Source: Podarcis melisellensis
Lineage: Eukaryota
Length of the DNA: 64,000 nt
Assembly (NCBI GenBank): GCA_964234715.1
Contig: OZ174284.1
Reading direction: 5' to 3' (one strand)
Positions 38,721 to 49,560 of this stretch are shown here, piece by piece; the stretch's first letter is position 1, and each line of letters opens with the position of its first letter. A model generated the notes under the pieces. That model had not been told where the DNA came from, did no database searches, and saw nothing but the letters and a program-made list of their open reading frames with translations. The position numbers and the translations under genes were made by a program.

Positions 38721-38826
38721 ACGTGTCCAAGTTCATGTGCTATTGTGAATGCAGCACTTAATCCATTTTCCTCGCTGATGGAACAGCTACGCAGTGGGTC
38801 ACACATTGTACCCAGTTCAGCTAAAC
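38721..38826 (-). CDS. ADAMTS20: ADAMTS20 exon 8 (zinc-binding HELGH)
   Basis: [36 protein letters not shown]. Confidence 0.97.
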
Positions 38827-39080
38827 CTATAAAATGGAATTTGTTACCCGATTGCAAAACAGGTTATATAGCAGCAGTGTTGTCTTCACAGACAAATGCA
38901 GGCCTAGGACTGTGATCCAGATATTTATCATCATGTAACCATATGCTTGAAAAGGTTCAAAATATGTTCAAAAAGTTTACAAAACAAGATAAATTACATT
39001 AAATACTCATTTACAATTTAAAACAACAATTGTTTTTATTTGCAGAAAGATGGTATGGTCATCTTTTTGCTTTAACTTAC

Positions 39081-39121
39081 CTAAAGTGTCACATTTTTCT
39101 CTAGCTCTGCAGATATCTTCC
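39081..39121 (-). CDS. ADAMTS20: ADAMTS20 exon 7 (41-nt small exon)
   Basis: EDICRAREKCDTL(G); acceptor tttaag, donor GTAAGT; restores frame between exons 6 and 8. Confidence 0.93.
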
Positions 39122-39634
39122 CTTAAAGAAACAAAGGTTTTCTATGAAAATTTCAGTCTTAAAAACAACAGGGAAAACATATTCCAGATACCTATACATA
39201 CTTTTCTGAATCCCCCTCCCAAATGGAATTCTTTCATTAAAATTTCAATGGTTTTAATGGGCAAGTGCCCCATTTGACTAGTTCTTAAAGATGTACTTGG
39301 AGTAAAGCAGCACCTTGGGATCAAGGGGCCTAGCTGTGACCCTAAGCATACATATTTTTTATTAAGATCAATGGCACTAAATTCCAAAAGAACATGCCCC
39401 ACATGTTTACAGGTGTAATATCAGCCAATCCTCAACTAGACTAAGACCGGAAGCAGATCAGGGGTTTATGCATTCCTTGTCAATATCCCTTCCCTCTTAT
39501 TTGCAAATTCCTCCTCCTCCTCTTCTTAATCCTGATTGTTCACACAAAGCTTAAGAGGGCCCAATGGTATTTCTATGCAGTAATGTTATGGAACAGGGAT
39601 AGTAATGAAAAATGAGTTTTCTCAGATACTGTAC

Positions 39635-39759
39635 CTAGTGATAAGAACTGCAGTATCGTGGTGGGAAGGATGAGCATCATCCATAATGTTTTGTGTTTGC
39701 TGCCATAAACAGAAGTTGCGAAGAGTGGTAGCTGCGTTAAAACTGATAGCTGGTCCTTC
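39635..39759 (-). CDS. ADAMTS20: ADAMTS20 exon 6
   Basis: [42 protein letters not shown], 125 nt. Confidence 0.95.
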
Positions 39760-39947
39760 CTGTACATAAGTTGCCAAGACAAAACAAGGATGGCAAGTTT
39801 AAGTCCATTGCAGTTATATTATAACGCAAGACCAGCTGTGGAAAAGATATCTCAATGGTACATATCTGTATGAATTTTGAGCAAGTTGATGACCAGAAAG
39901 ACTAGTTGGCAGAGTCAAGGCTGCGCCTGGTTAATATTAAAATATTA

Positions 39948-39991
<44 letters not shown>
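39948..39991. repeat. (ATT)n microsatellite, likely an L2 tail
   Basis: Direct reading. Confidence 0.9.
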
Positions 39992-39992
<1 letters not shown>

Positions 39993-40285
39993 GCCACCCT
40001 ATGCCCGGAGGTCTCAGGGTGGTTCACAGAATAAAATAGCCCCCCCATGATAAATAATAAACCTGGCCATGTTAATCAGTATTAATAGCTAGATCCCAGT
40101 TCTAAACATTTACACCAGCCTGTCTGCCTGCAATGTATGTACAAAATACTTGGCAGAGCAGCTAGCAAATCTCATTTCAAGATTTCATTTCAATACTTTT
40201 AAAAACATTAACTTCTGAAAGTACACATTAAAACTGAAAATTGCAGCAAGTTACTCTGAATCGTGAAATGAATGCATTTTCTTAC

Positions 40286-40369
40286 CTGTTCATTGTGAAC
40301 TACAATTAATTTTACAATCATAATATTTATTTGATTTCCTATACTTGAATCTTTGTAGATTGTAGCAAC
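40286..40369 (-). CDS. ADAMTS20: ADAMTS20 exon 5
   Basis: [28 protein letters not shown], 84 nt, read by hand (too short for the ORF track). Confidence 0.95.
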
Positions 40370-40974
40370 CTAGATAAATAAAAGCCAGAGTGTTAAAATT
40401 CTATGGTACTGTACATTCAGTGGATTCCAACATTGCATTGAGCATTCATTCAACTCCTCTGCCCTATTTGATTTAGCATGCAATCTTATCCATATTTTCC
40501 AGGCAGCAAACCCCACTGAATACTGTGGGTCTTACTTAGGAATAATGAAGCATACGATTGCACTGTCTGAACCAATTTTCATGTCACATTTTCTCTAACT
40601 GCAATATATACACAAGCAGAGAGACTAACAAATGCCACCTTAATGACAATTCCCGGTCAGAATCAGCACGACAGTTATTTAGGCAAATGTAATATGAAAA
40701 TTAGCTAATTGTCCTGTTGTCATCAATGGGACAAACCCATCAAACTTGAGAAACTACTGGTACATTCTTGCCATACCAGGAAAAGGTCATGTATTATGGC
40801 AAACCTCTGGCACAGTATTCAAATCTCTCCCCTTCCAAAAATTCTAGTTATTTTCTAGGTGCAGCAAGTATTTTAATAAGCCTGTATACTGGCTTAAGTT
40901 CCTATTTTTATATTTAATAAAGGCAAAGATAATTCTTATGATACCGTATCTGTGCTTTAATAAATATATATATA

Positions 40975-41164
40975 CAGTGGTACCTCAGGTTACAGACGCT
41001 TCAGGTTACTCTGCTAACCCAGAAATAGTACCTCAGATTAAGACCTTTGCTTCAGGATGAGAACAGAAAGTGGCGGCAGCAGGAGGCCCCATTAGCTAAA
41101 GTGGTGCTTCAGGTTAAGAACGGACCTCCGGAACGAATTAAGTTCTTAACCCAAGGTACCACTG
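40975..41164 (-). mobile_element. Tigger/pogo-like MITE, copy 2 (opposite orientation to copy 1)
   Basis: Same TIR, inserted in a (TA)n tract. Confidence 0.85.
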
Positions 41165-42129
41165 TATATATATAAGTTCCATGACTGTCTTAGCTTTAGA
41201 CCTCATCCACAACCCAGTTAAGGCAAAGTTCTTTAATTTAAATGAAATGAAAAAGGTTTATTTTAATCCATATTGGTCTGAACTGTACCTAACAGATTAG
41301 TAGAAGCAAATCTGACATTATATGTATTCGCAGCATTATTTGTGGATATCTGGGGCTCAACATTCCTCTGACATCATTTTTAGAGCCAAATTTACTGTCA
41401 AAAAGAATTTGTCACTGGATACAGCCAACCAAGTAATATGGGCCTGGATCCAAAGAGCTGCCTGGGCTTGTGCCAGGTTACTATGCTAGCCCAAATGAAT
41501 GTTGTTGTTTTTCTTGAATAGCCATATCATTCCTTCTAAAAGCAAAATGTGTGACCCTGTGCCAATCAGCTTGGAAGCAAAACTGGACATTCACAAACAA
41601 GGTATTTTCTGCATACACAGGGGAACCCCGGGATATACAGAAGCCTACTTCTTTCCTCTCTATAACCCCTTCCTGCAAAAGAGAGTCAATTTTTCTCCAA
41701 ATTAAAAATGTTTGCATTATGGAATCCTGGCAGCAAGAGGCTGGAGTGCAGGTGCAAATCTTTTGCTCTGTAACTGTGAAATCCCCTGTCTCACAAGGCT
41801 GTTCAAGCTGGGGAGCATGTTTGGCTAATTCTCCAACTCTCCTTCTCGCCTGGAGGAAGACCAGGGAAATTGCACTCATAGGCTCATGGATACACTGCAA
41901 CATGTCATCCGGTAGGGGAAGGTTGCCATTTGGGGGGGACGACACAAAAAGCCTTTGATCACAATTCTGGAGGTTGCAGTCTAAATGGTACGTTGCTTAA
42001 AACAATGACGGGGAAGCCAGGAACAGTTGTCTGGGCTCTGCTTTGGTCCCTCCAGGCTGACAGGGATACAACATTAATTCTCCTCAAGTACCTGTTGGAA
42101 TACATCTGTAATAATATAGGCTTACTTAC

Positions 42130-42389
42130 TATTGACATTAGCGTTAATACATAATGCTGCAAGTTCCGTCCATGGTGCTGAACCATTCTGACATCAGCCG
42201 TAACCATCACCTCTACGTATCGTGGATAGGAAAGGAAGCGTTTCCTCCGGGAATGTGGGTTGTTTCTATCACTCTCGACAGAAAGGTTTTTAGAAGCATA
42301 TTCTACAACGGTGCGCTCCTGAAGTACATTTATGTCTTTCATTAAGCTGCTCTCATATGGAAATAGTAAAGTGCTTTTCTTTGGCTCTT
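42130..42389 (-). CDS. ADAMTS20: ADAMTS20 exon 4 (RRKR/FLS activation site, start of catalytic domain)
   Basis: ...[20 protein letters not shown]...YVLTLMSI; donor GTAAGT. Confidence 0.96.
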
Positions 42390-45300
42390 CTGCAAAATAA
42401 AAACGAACAATTACTATTGCAAATACAATTTGCAAGGCTAACACCCTAATGCTAAACATATTTCTTGCAGTCCCCTTTCAGCTTAAAGGATCACACACAA
42501 AGTGAGGGAATCGGCTTGAAGAATGAACCTAAGTTTTTGTCTGTTTGGATTTCAATTCCTCCCTCTGCCCTTTATGTGCTAGGCTGAAGAAACAAGTTAC
42601 TTGCTTTGTTTAGGTGTTAACTCCGAATTCTGGCATGTGCGGGCTCACACCTGAGTTCTTTGTTGCTTCACATGCACACTTCTCAGTCCCTATGACCTCT
42701 TTCAGGTCATTTGGGAGGATAGTTTATATATACTGTATATATAAAAACCAGTAATGGGATTTGCTTGCATACTTAAGAGGACTCTTTGCACCCACAGGAA
42801 CTCAGTTCTGCCCTTTTTGTTTTTCTTGCTTTGGGCACCATTGTACAAACAAGGGGACAGATAGAAAAGAAGATTGGAATGTTACCATTCTGCCCAAAAG
42901 AGAACAGAAACTAATCTATGCTCACTTGTCTATGTATGCCAATAAGCAGAGTCAGGCTAGCATAGAAATTTGTTTACATTCAATGTCATTACTACATTCA
43001 ATAGCTAAAATTTCAGCTTGGGCTATTTGGGCAACACAAGCTCTTTCTCTGCCAGTCAATAATTGCCTACAGGCACCTTATAAAGATCCAGGACGCATGG
43101 GAACAAGGCCAACAATCCCCAGCCCTGAAAAAGAAGCCTGAATCAGTCTTGCTCATATTCTTCACCCCATTCCAAACAAAGATGGGGATGCTGAATACCA
43201 AAAGAAAAGATGTCCTAAACTTGCTAGTTTGCCTGAAGGCTTTCCTATAACGCTCTACTTCTGTTGTTCTCGGTGGATAAAGCAACTCTGAAACTTGGCA
43301 TTTGCTACATAACACATGCACAATAAGAACAAAAGTGTTATTCCAAAACCCATTGGTTAGAAATCCAGACACCATATGGCAACACCTGTGCGTGGAAACG
43401 GCAACCCTTAAACAGGCCTCTTCACTGCTGGCTGTTATCCAGTACATAGTGTGCTTCTTCAAGTGTGTAATGCTTATGGAATATTGTCTACCACCTTTCT
43501 TTTTTTCCAAGTTTCAATTTCGCTCAAAACAAACTTTAACAAGAGTACCCCTCTTAGTGCTATTGTACCCACTACCAATGTTTTATGTACTGTGAATCTT
43601 TTTCTGCTTAGTTCAATGGCTTAGCAAAAAGGTTTCTTTTCACAGAAAAAGAGGTTGAGAAGATACAACCTATTTATACACAATGTGAGTTATCAATTAC
43701 AGCATTAGGGAACAAAAAAAAATATGGTTGAGATGCAGTGATAGAAAAACAACTGGCCAGTGAAATTAAAGATACGCAAAATTAAAAATACAGGAATGAG
43801 TCACAAAAATGGCAGACTGATAAACTGTGAATTATAAAGTAATAAGCTACAAGTATTACATACTTATAAAACTGCGTTCCTACCTAGCTATATGGGGGGG
43901 GGGAGAGACTTTCATAAAGAAATGGCAGTAATGCACAGTGATGAACATGGCTTGGAAATTAAGATGCTGACTCTCATATGAAACAGCGAAGAACTAATAA
44001 CACTGCCTAATCTACACAAAAATACGGGATTGCACCACACAGACCTTCCTAAGGTGACACAATCTTCTTGCTAAACATACATTTCCCTACCTAGTTTTCC
44101 ATGAATGAACATGTTATATCTGAAGACTCACTTTGCAAAACTGGTATTATATGTCTTGACCACCTATGATACCATTATATACACAATAAAAATTCCAATA
44201 GATTTCTACTCACACTGTCTAAATCCCACAAAGTTAAATGGAACAGATTTCCAGTTACCGTAAATGTGTATCGGATTGCAGCCATCATTTTTTAAACAGC
44301 TATACTGCAGGGTGGACACCAGGGGGTGACAAATGTAAAGCATAGAGAAGCAGATGTTGCTCTGATGCAGGTGGAGAAGAGTGACACCACAAACAGAAGG
44401 GGGTGCCATAGATTTAATTTAATGCAATCTGAGTTTGATTAGTCACAAATATGACATAACCACCAAAAATCTCAATAGGCTACATAATGCACAGGCTTTC
44501 TAAACCCTAGTAAGCCCTTGTACAACTCCTGCTTTGTCTGGAGAGAGATAAACCAAGATCCTGAATGAAGATGCAACATTAAGCCAAATCTTAGGCTTAG
44601 GTCTTCATAAACGCCCAGAATTTATTATGCTTTATTTTGAACTCAGTAGTTGTGATTTTGTGGGATTTGGATTTTTCCATTTTCTAGCAGCAGGGTGAGT
44701 AAAAAATGGAGAAGTAATTTGAGGAAGCAATGGAAAAGTCTGATTGGCAGGTGATGTTGGGAGGTAGCGTTGGCGTATAGTTATGTTGGACACAGAAACT
44801 CTACTCCCTGTACAATGCTGCCTCTTTCCCTAACCATAAGAGGAATCGTGGTATACAAGAAATGCCTTTTTAAACAAAATGCACTGAACAGATCCTCACA
44901 ATTATTTCCTATGTATCAAATTAAGAAACAATTCTGCACATGATGAATTGCAGAAAATTGCCAATCTTGCTTCATCAAACCAGAATTGAAAGGCTAAAGT
45001 ATATCCTAAAGCATGATGCCTTCATTTCTCTCTACCGCCCTACTTCACAAAATACAGTACTGTTTAAGGGGCATTCTGCATTATTCACAATTGTCAGAAT
45101 ATTCTTAATCTGTATGCAAGCCCTAGGCTGAGCGCTTGGCAATGGTGCCAACTCTCAAAAACGCATGTGATCTAGTTAAGAAAAATGCTGCTCGGAGAGC
45201 ATATGTTAAAACAACAGCACGTATCTACCATTTTTGCTGTTTCCAAATTTATAAACATAAGCCTTTTCCTTCAAAAGCAAACAAACGCTTATCCATTTTT

Positions 45301-46087
45301 AATAACAGTCCCAGGTTATCTAATTGAAAATCATACAAATTTCCACTACACAGGAATTACTGGAAATGCTAGGTCCAATTCCTAGAAAAGGAATGGACAC
45401 TGTTCAGTAGCCAACTAAAAATGGTGGGGGGGGGGGAGAGTATTTTGGCATTATCTGATGCCTGATCAGCCAAGTGTCACGACACACCTCCAGACTGCAA
45501 AGCCTTTTAATGAAAGGAAGCCATGTAAGACTAAACGAAGGAAGAAAATGGCCTGTTCACATCTTCCAATTAAATTTCTAAAGCTAAACAAGAACTTTAT
45601 CCAACCTGATTCTGCAATTAAACCCTGCTTGGTATTCTCCATACAAGCGCCATTCTCCTCTGGAACTAAAATACACAATACAATTTTTAAAAATAGCTCT
45701 AGTCCAATCATACCAAAGGACACTGCAGCCTTTAAGATGGAGCATCTAATAAAGAACATGGAAGAAAATGCTGGCCAGGTCTCTTGAGTACAGATCAGAG
45801 CAGCCGTATTTTACTAACCAGCCAACCTTTCTTAGATGCCAGCAGTAGCAGATCATGTCACTTCAGCACAGATACTGAGAGGACAGCTACACTGCAGACT
45901 TCAACTAGTTTAACAGTCTTTCCCTGCTCCACAGGAAATGGGAAATGCAGTTTTGTGAAAAAAGGTGAGGCTCTCTAATATAATTCTCTGTCTAATACCA
46001 ATTCCTAGAATTCTATGTGGTAACAAGTCTGTTAAATGTGAATTCATTACTTAGATACATCCTTCATCTTCAACAATCATGTACAGC

Positions 46088-46198
46088 AGGTATAGGGAAC
46101 CTTTGACCCTCCAGTTGTTGCTGAACTACAACTCCCATCAGCCCCTGTAAGCATGACCAATGACCAGCATCTGCAGGGCTAAAGGTTCCCCACACCTG
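46088..46198. mobile_element. hAT-Charlie-type MITE, internally deleted
   Basis: CAGGT..GGGAACCTTT / AAAGGTTCCCC..ACCTG ends; shares ACTACAACTCCCATCA core with 61707 element. Confidence 0.65.
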
Positions 46199-46355
46199 AC
46201 TTACAGCATCTTACCCAACACCACCAACATGATAGAGAAACACAAGCATATCTCAATGAAGACTAATATCACCATGGGATAATATCAACAAACCACTGGT
46301 GATTCTAACAAGATAATAAATATATTGTCCATCACTGTTTAAGATTTAGTTGTAC

Positions 46356-46521
46356 CTGAAGTTTCACAAGGTTTATAGGAATTCTGATAAGAATCTTTCT
46401 TAAATTCTTTGTGTTTATATATTAGATGTGGTTTATTATGGTCATCTTCTTGTTCATCTTCAGCTGCTGTCATCAAAGGTTCCAAAAAGTATTCACCGTC
46501 ATGGGACTTAAATGTGCCCAT
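46356..46521 (-). CDS. ADAMTS20: ADAMTS20 exon 3 (prodomain)
   Basis: MGTFKSHDGEYFLEPLM...HNKPHLIY...PCETS; acceptor tttcag, donor GTACAA. Confidence 0.95.
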
Positions 46522-46652
46522 CTGAAAACGAAAGAGAAGGTGTCACTGGAGAAGCTGCAGCAATCCAAATGTGAGCAGGTTAATGCCTTTAAAAACGTAA
46601 TCACAGTTGCATTATTTATTATATGAATTAACGGTCCTTAAACGTTACAGGA

Positions 46653-47008
46653 GGGACGCGGGTGGCGCTGTGGGTTAAACCACAGAGCCTAGGACTTGCA
46701 GATCAGAAGGTCGGCGGTTCGAATCCCCGCAAGAGGGTGAGCTCCCGTTGCTCAGTCCCTGCTCTTGCCAACCTAGCAGTTTGAAAGCACGTCAAAGTGC
46801 AAGTAGATAAATAGGTACCGCTCCAGCGGGAAGGTAAACGGCATTTCTGTGCGCTCCTCTGGTTCACCAGAAGTGGCTTAGTTATGCTGGCCACATGACC
46901 TGGAAGCTGTATGGCAGCTCCCTCGGCCAATAAAGCGAGATGAGCGCCACAACCCCAGAGTCGGTCACAACTGGTCCTAATGGTCAGGGGTCCCTTTATC
47001 TTTACCTT
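46653..47008 (+). mobile_element. Full-length Sauria SINE
   Basis: A box GGTGGCGCTGTGG, B box GGTTCGAATCC, TTTACCTTT tail, degenerate TSD TAAACGTTACAGG/TAAAGCTTACAGG. Confidence 0.93.
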
Positions 47009-47214
47009 TAAAGCTTACAGGCAAAACTGGGATTTCAAGCTTTTTTATGACGCTGAAACACTGATGTTGCACTCCTATATGCACTTACCTGGGAGTATGT
47101 CAGAATGAACAATATAGGGTTGGCGTATTTCAAAAAGTGAAAATCTGGACACAAAAGGGGGGGCAAATCTAAATAAAAAAAGGAGATGTTTTTGAGCTAT
47201 TTTGGGGGAAATTC

Positions 47215-47507
47215 ATGCTGAGCTCCAGGGATATGTGCATTTATCAGACCAAAATCAACCCAGGCTTGCCCATCTGCTTTGATGATTCTAGATAACATTG
47301 GGTCAATCACACACACAGACACAGACACACACACAGACACACACACACACCCCCATGGCGGCGGCAACACATTAAAATGTTTGCCCTATCAACTTTTGAT
47401 GGTACTTTCTGTGCCTACCATGGTGACCAATCAGTTACGGTTCCTTTGTTCACTCCCACCGTTCCTTGGATAACTGTAGTAATTCTAGAGCTAATAAATG
47501 CCAACAA
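47215..47507 (+). pseudogene. 18S rRNA 5'-domain pseudogenic fragment, circularly permuted
   Basis: Recognisable 18S motifs GTGCATTTATCAGACCAAAA, TCTAGATAAC, TGCCCTATCAACTTT, GTGCCTACCATGGTGACCA, followed by ATCAGTTA.GGTTCCTTTG and TTGGATAACTGT.GTAATTCTAGAGCTAATA. Confidence 0.9.
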
Positions 47508-47515
47508 ACTTATTA

Positions 47516-47688
47516 TAGGATTGCCATATTTCAAAAAGTGAAAATCCAGACACAAAAGTTGTCGAACGCTTTTCCCCCCTCATTGCAAAGTTGTTGAGCT
47601 TTCTCTTTTTTGGGTGGGGGAAGAAGGAAATCTCTTCGATGAACGAATCCCATCTATGTCCAGGAACTTCCGAATGCATGGCAGCCAG
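47516..47688. mobile_element. hAT (Tip100-like) MITE; a second truncated left end lies at 47115-47210
   Basis: TAGG.TTG.C.TATTTCAAAAAGTGAAAATC..GACACAAAAG repeated at 47115 and 47516. Confidence 0.65.
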
Positions 47689-48039
47689 AAGACATGCCCA
47701 GGATTTCATTATTATACTTGTAGGTAGTTTCAAGTCATCTACAAGAGCCTTTATCTGAATGCCATATCTAACTTTTAAAATTAATTATTGTATACTAAGA
47801 ACGTATATTAAATTAATCGCTCTCATTTACAGCATTTCTGGAAACTGAACAAAATGCTTCTGATGTACCAGGCACAAAATTCTAGAAACAGTTGCACAAT
47901 TTACTCCTGCCTGGAAATCTGTAGTAGTACCATTACAGATCTACATTCTTATTTTATAACAGCACTGAAATGTGTATTAAGGTATTATAGTTTTGCTTTA
48001 TGAACCTTTTCATTTTCTCTAGAAACTGTGGTCAGTGAG

Positions 48040-49560
48040 AATTCATGTCACCTGAGCACAAGAGTGTCTGATTTATTATTATACTGAATGCATACCATGC
48101 TGAGCACTGGATGGTTGGCAAAACAGCATCCACTACAGTCTGCTTTTGCAGCCTAAATTGCAGCAGCTGAAACACAATGTGGTGTGGGCCTTCCACCGAA
48201 TAATATTTTACTTTGATGTTGAACCAGGCAAACCACGTATTCCAGTATCAGTCTTAAGTTGTTGAGGGTTTTGCCTTTAAGGCCATGTTTTGAAACTCAT
48301 ATGCAAGAAAGCTTGTTTGCTGTTGTTAACCACCTTGAATGGCTCATTCAACTAATTTCAAGAAGGGCCAGATCTGTGGGAAGTTTTCCTATCCTTATTG
48401 CATGTGTGATCTGATACCTGTATGCTTGATCAGTAGACAGATCCTTTACAACATTGTCAATCAGTGAAGTAAGAGGCTCTCCAATTGAGAGTTTGGTGAA
48501 TGAAAGCTCAATTTCAAGTTATGTAGAAGTGTCTAGTATCTTACCAATGTTACCTGTCCACTTGTTGTTAGAGAAGGTGTTCCCATCAAGTGTTGTGATC
48601 TAGTGTTGCAAGGGTAGGTCATTGGTGCAAAGAGCACAAACCAACCAGATCAAGCTTACGACCAATCTTGACCTGTACCCACTGCATGGTAACATGCTCC
48701 CAGCCAGTGTTAGCATTTGTATAATCACTTTCAATGGCCTGAAGGCTCTTACCAATGCCCTTCGTCTTCATGACATCTACAAGATCATTAGCAATAACAT
48801 CAGCTGTTTTTTTCTCTCTTTGAGCCTTTTTCCAGAGTGAAGTAGTAGAGATATATTTCACCTGGCTCACTGTACACAGAATAATGCTGTTCTGATGCTG
48901 GGGAACTGGGAAACTGCCATTGTGAATTGTCTGCTTTCAACATAACTTTAGTTGTATCTTCATGACTATCAGAGGAGATGCAGTCAATTTCACCCTTCTG
49001 ACAAAGATAATCCAATTCCTGATCCAGAGACTACATAACTTTTTATTGGGCTCCCTTGACTTTATTGTGATAAACTCCAAGTCTCTTGTCCTCTCGGTGA
49101 TCAAGCCAGCATCCATAAAGGTGGTTATGGTGATAGCAGCTGTGGCACGCAGGCTAACACCCAATCCGATGCTCTGCATAGCAACATTATGTATTTCTAA
49201 TGATGTTGTACTCTGCCTTTTTATTAGAAGTGGAAGGTTTACTTGGTTTTCCTAAAGTCAATTCATAACGTCCATCATTTCCATCTTGGACATCAGGTAT
49301 TTGTTCTTTTATTTTCATCAGCAGAGAAAATTATTTCATTTGATGGTATGGAAGCATCCTGTTTACTTCTTTGCTTATATCCAGCAAGGCTTCTTCTCTT
49401 GCCTTCTTGCTGCTTCCACTTTTTGACTTGCCTGTTATTTTTCCCAAGCAAGAGGATATCCCACTGAGTCCAATTCTTCAGCCTTAATTCTTCCAAGAAC
49501 TTGGAAAACTGCAGTTTATGTAACAGCAATTGCTGGCTGCTCATTTCGTAATACTGTGAG
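48040..49560 (-). mobile_element. Decayed DNA-transposon DDE transposase (tentatively Sola2-like); multiple stops and frameshifts
   Basis: Stitched frames give GVSLRATAAI..DAGLIT, EQHYSVYSEPG, LQAIESDYTNANTGWE, RKL-IWLVCALCTNDLPLQH, DLSTDQAY, HSRWLTTAN, AWFNIK, SAWYAFS. Confidence 0.7.

Noticed and set aside
41481-41958. 135-154 aa ORFs in intron 4
   Set aside because: No motif or family that I recognise and no splice context; treated as chance ORFs
47215-47507. Functional rRNA gene or contaminating rDNA
   Set aside because: Short, permuted, CpG-decayed and interrupted by a microsatellite, so it is an old integrated copy
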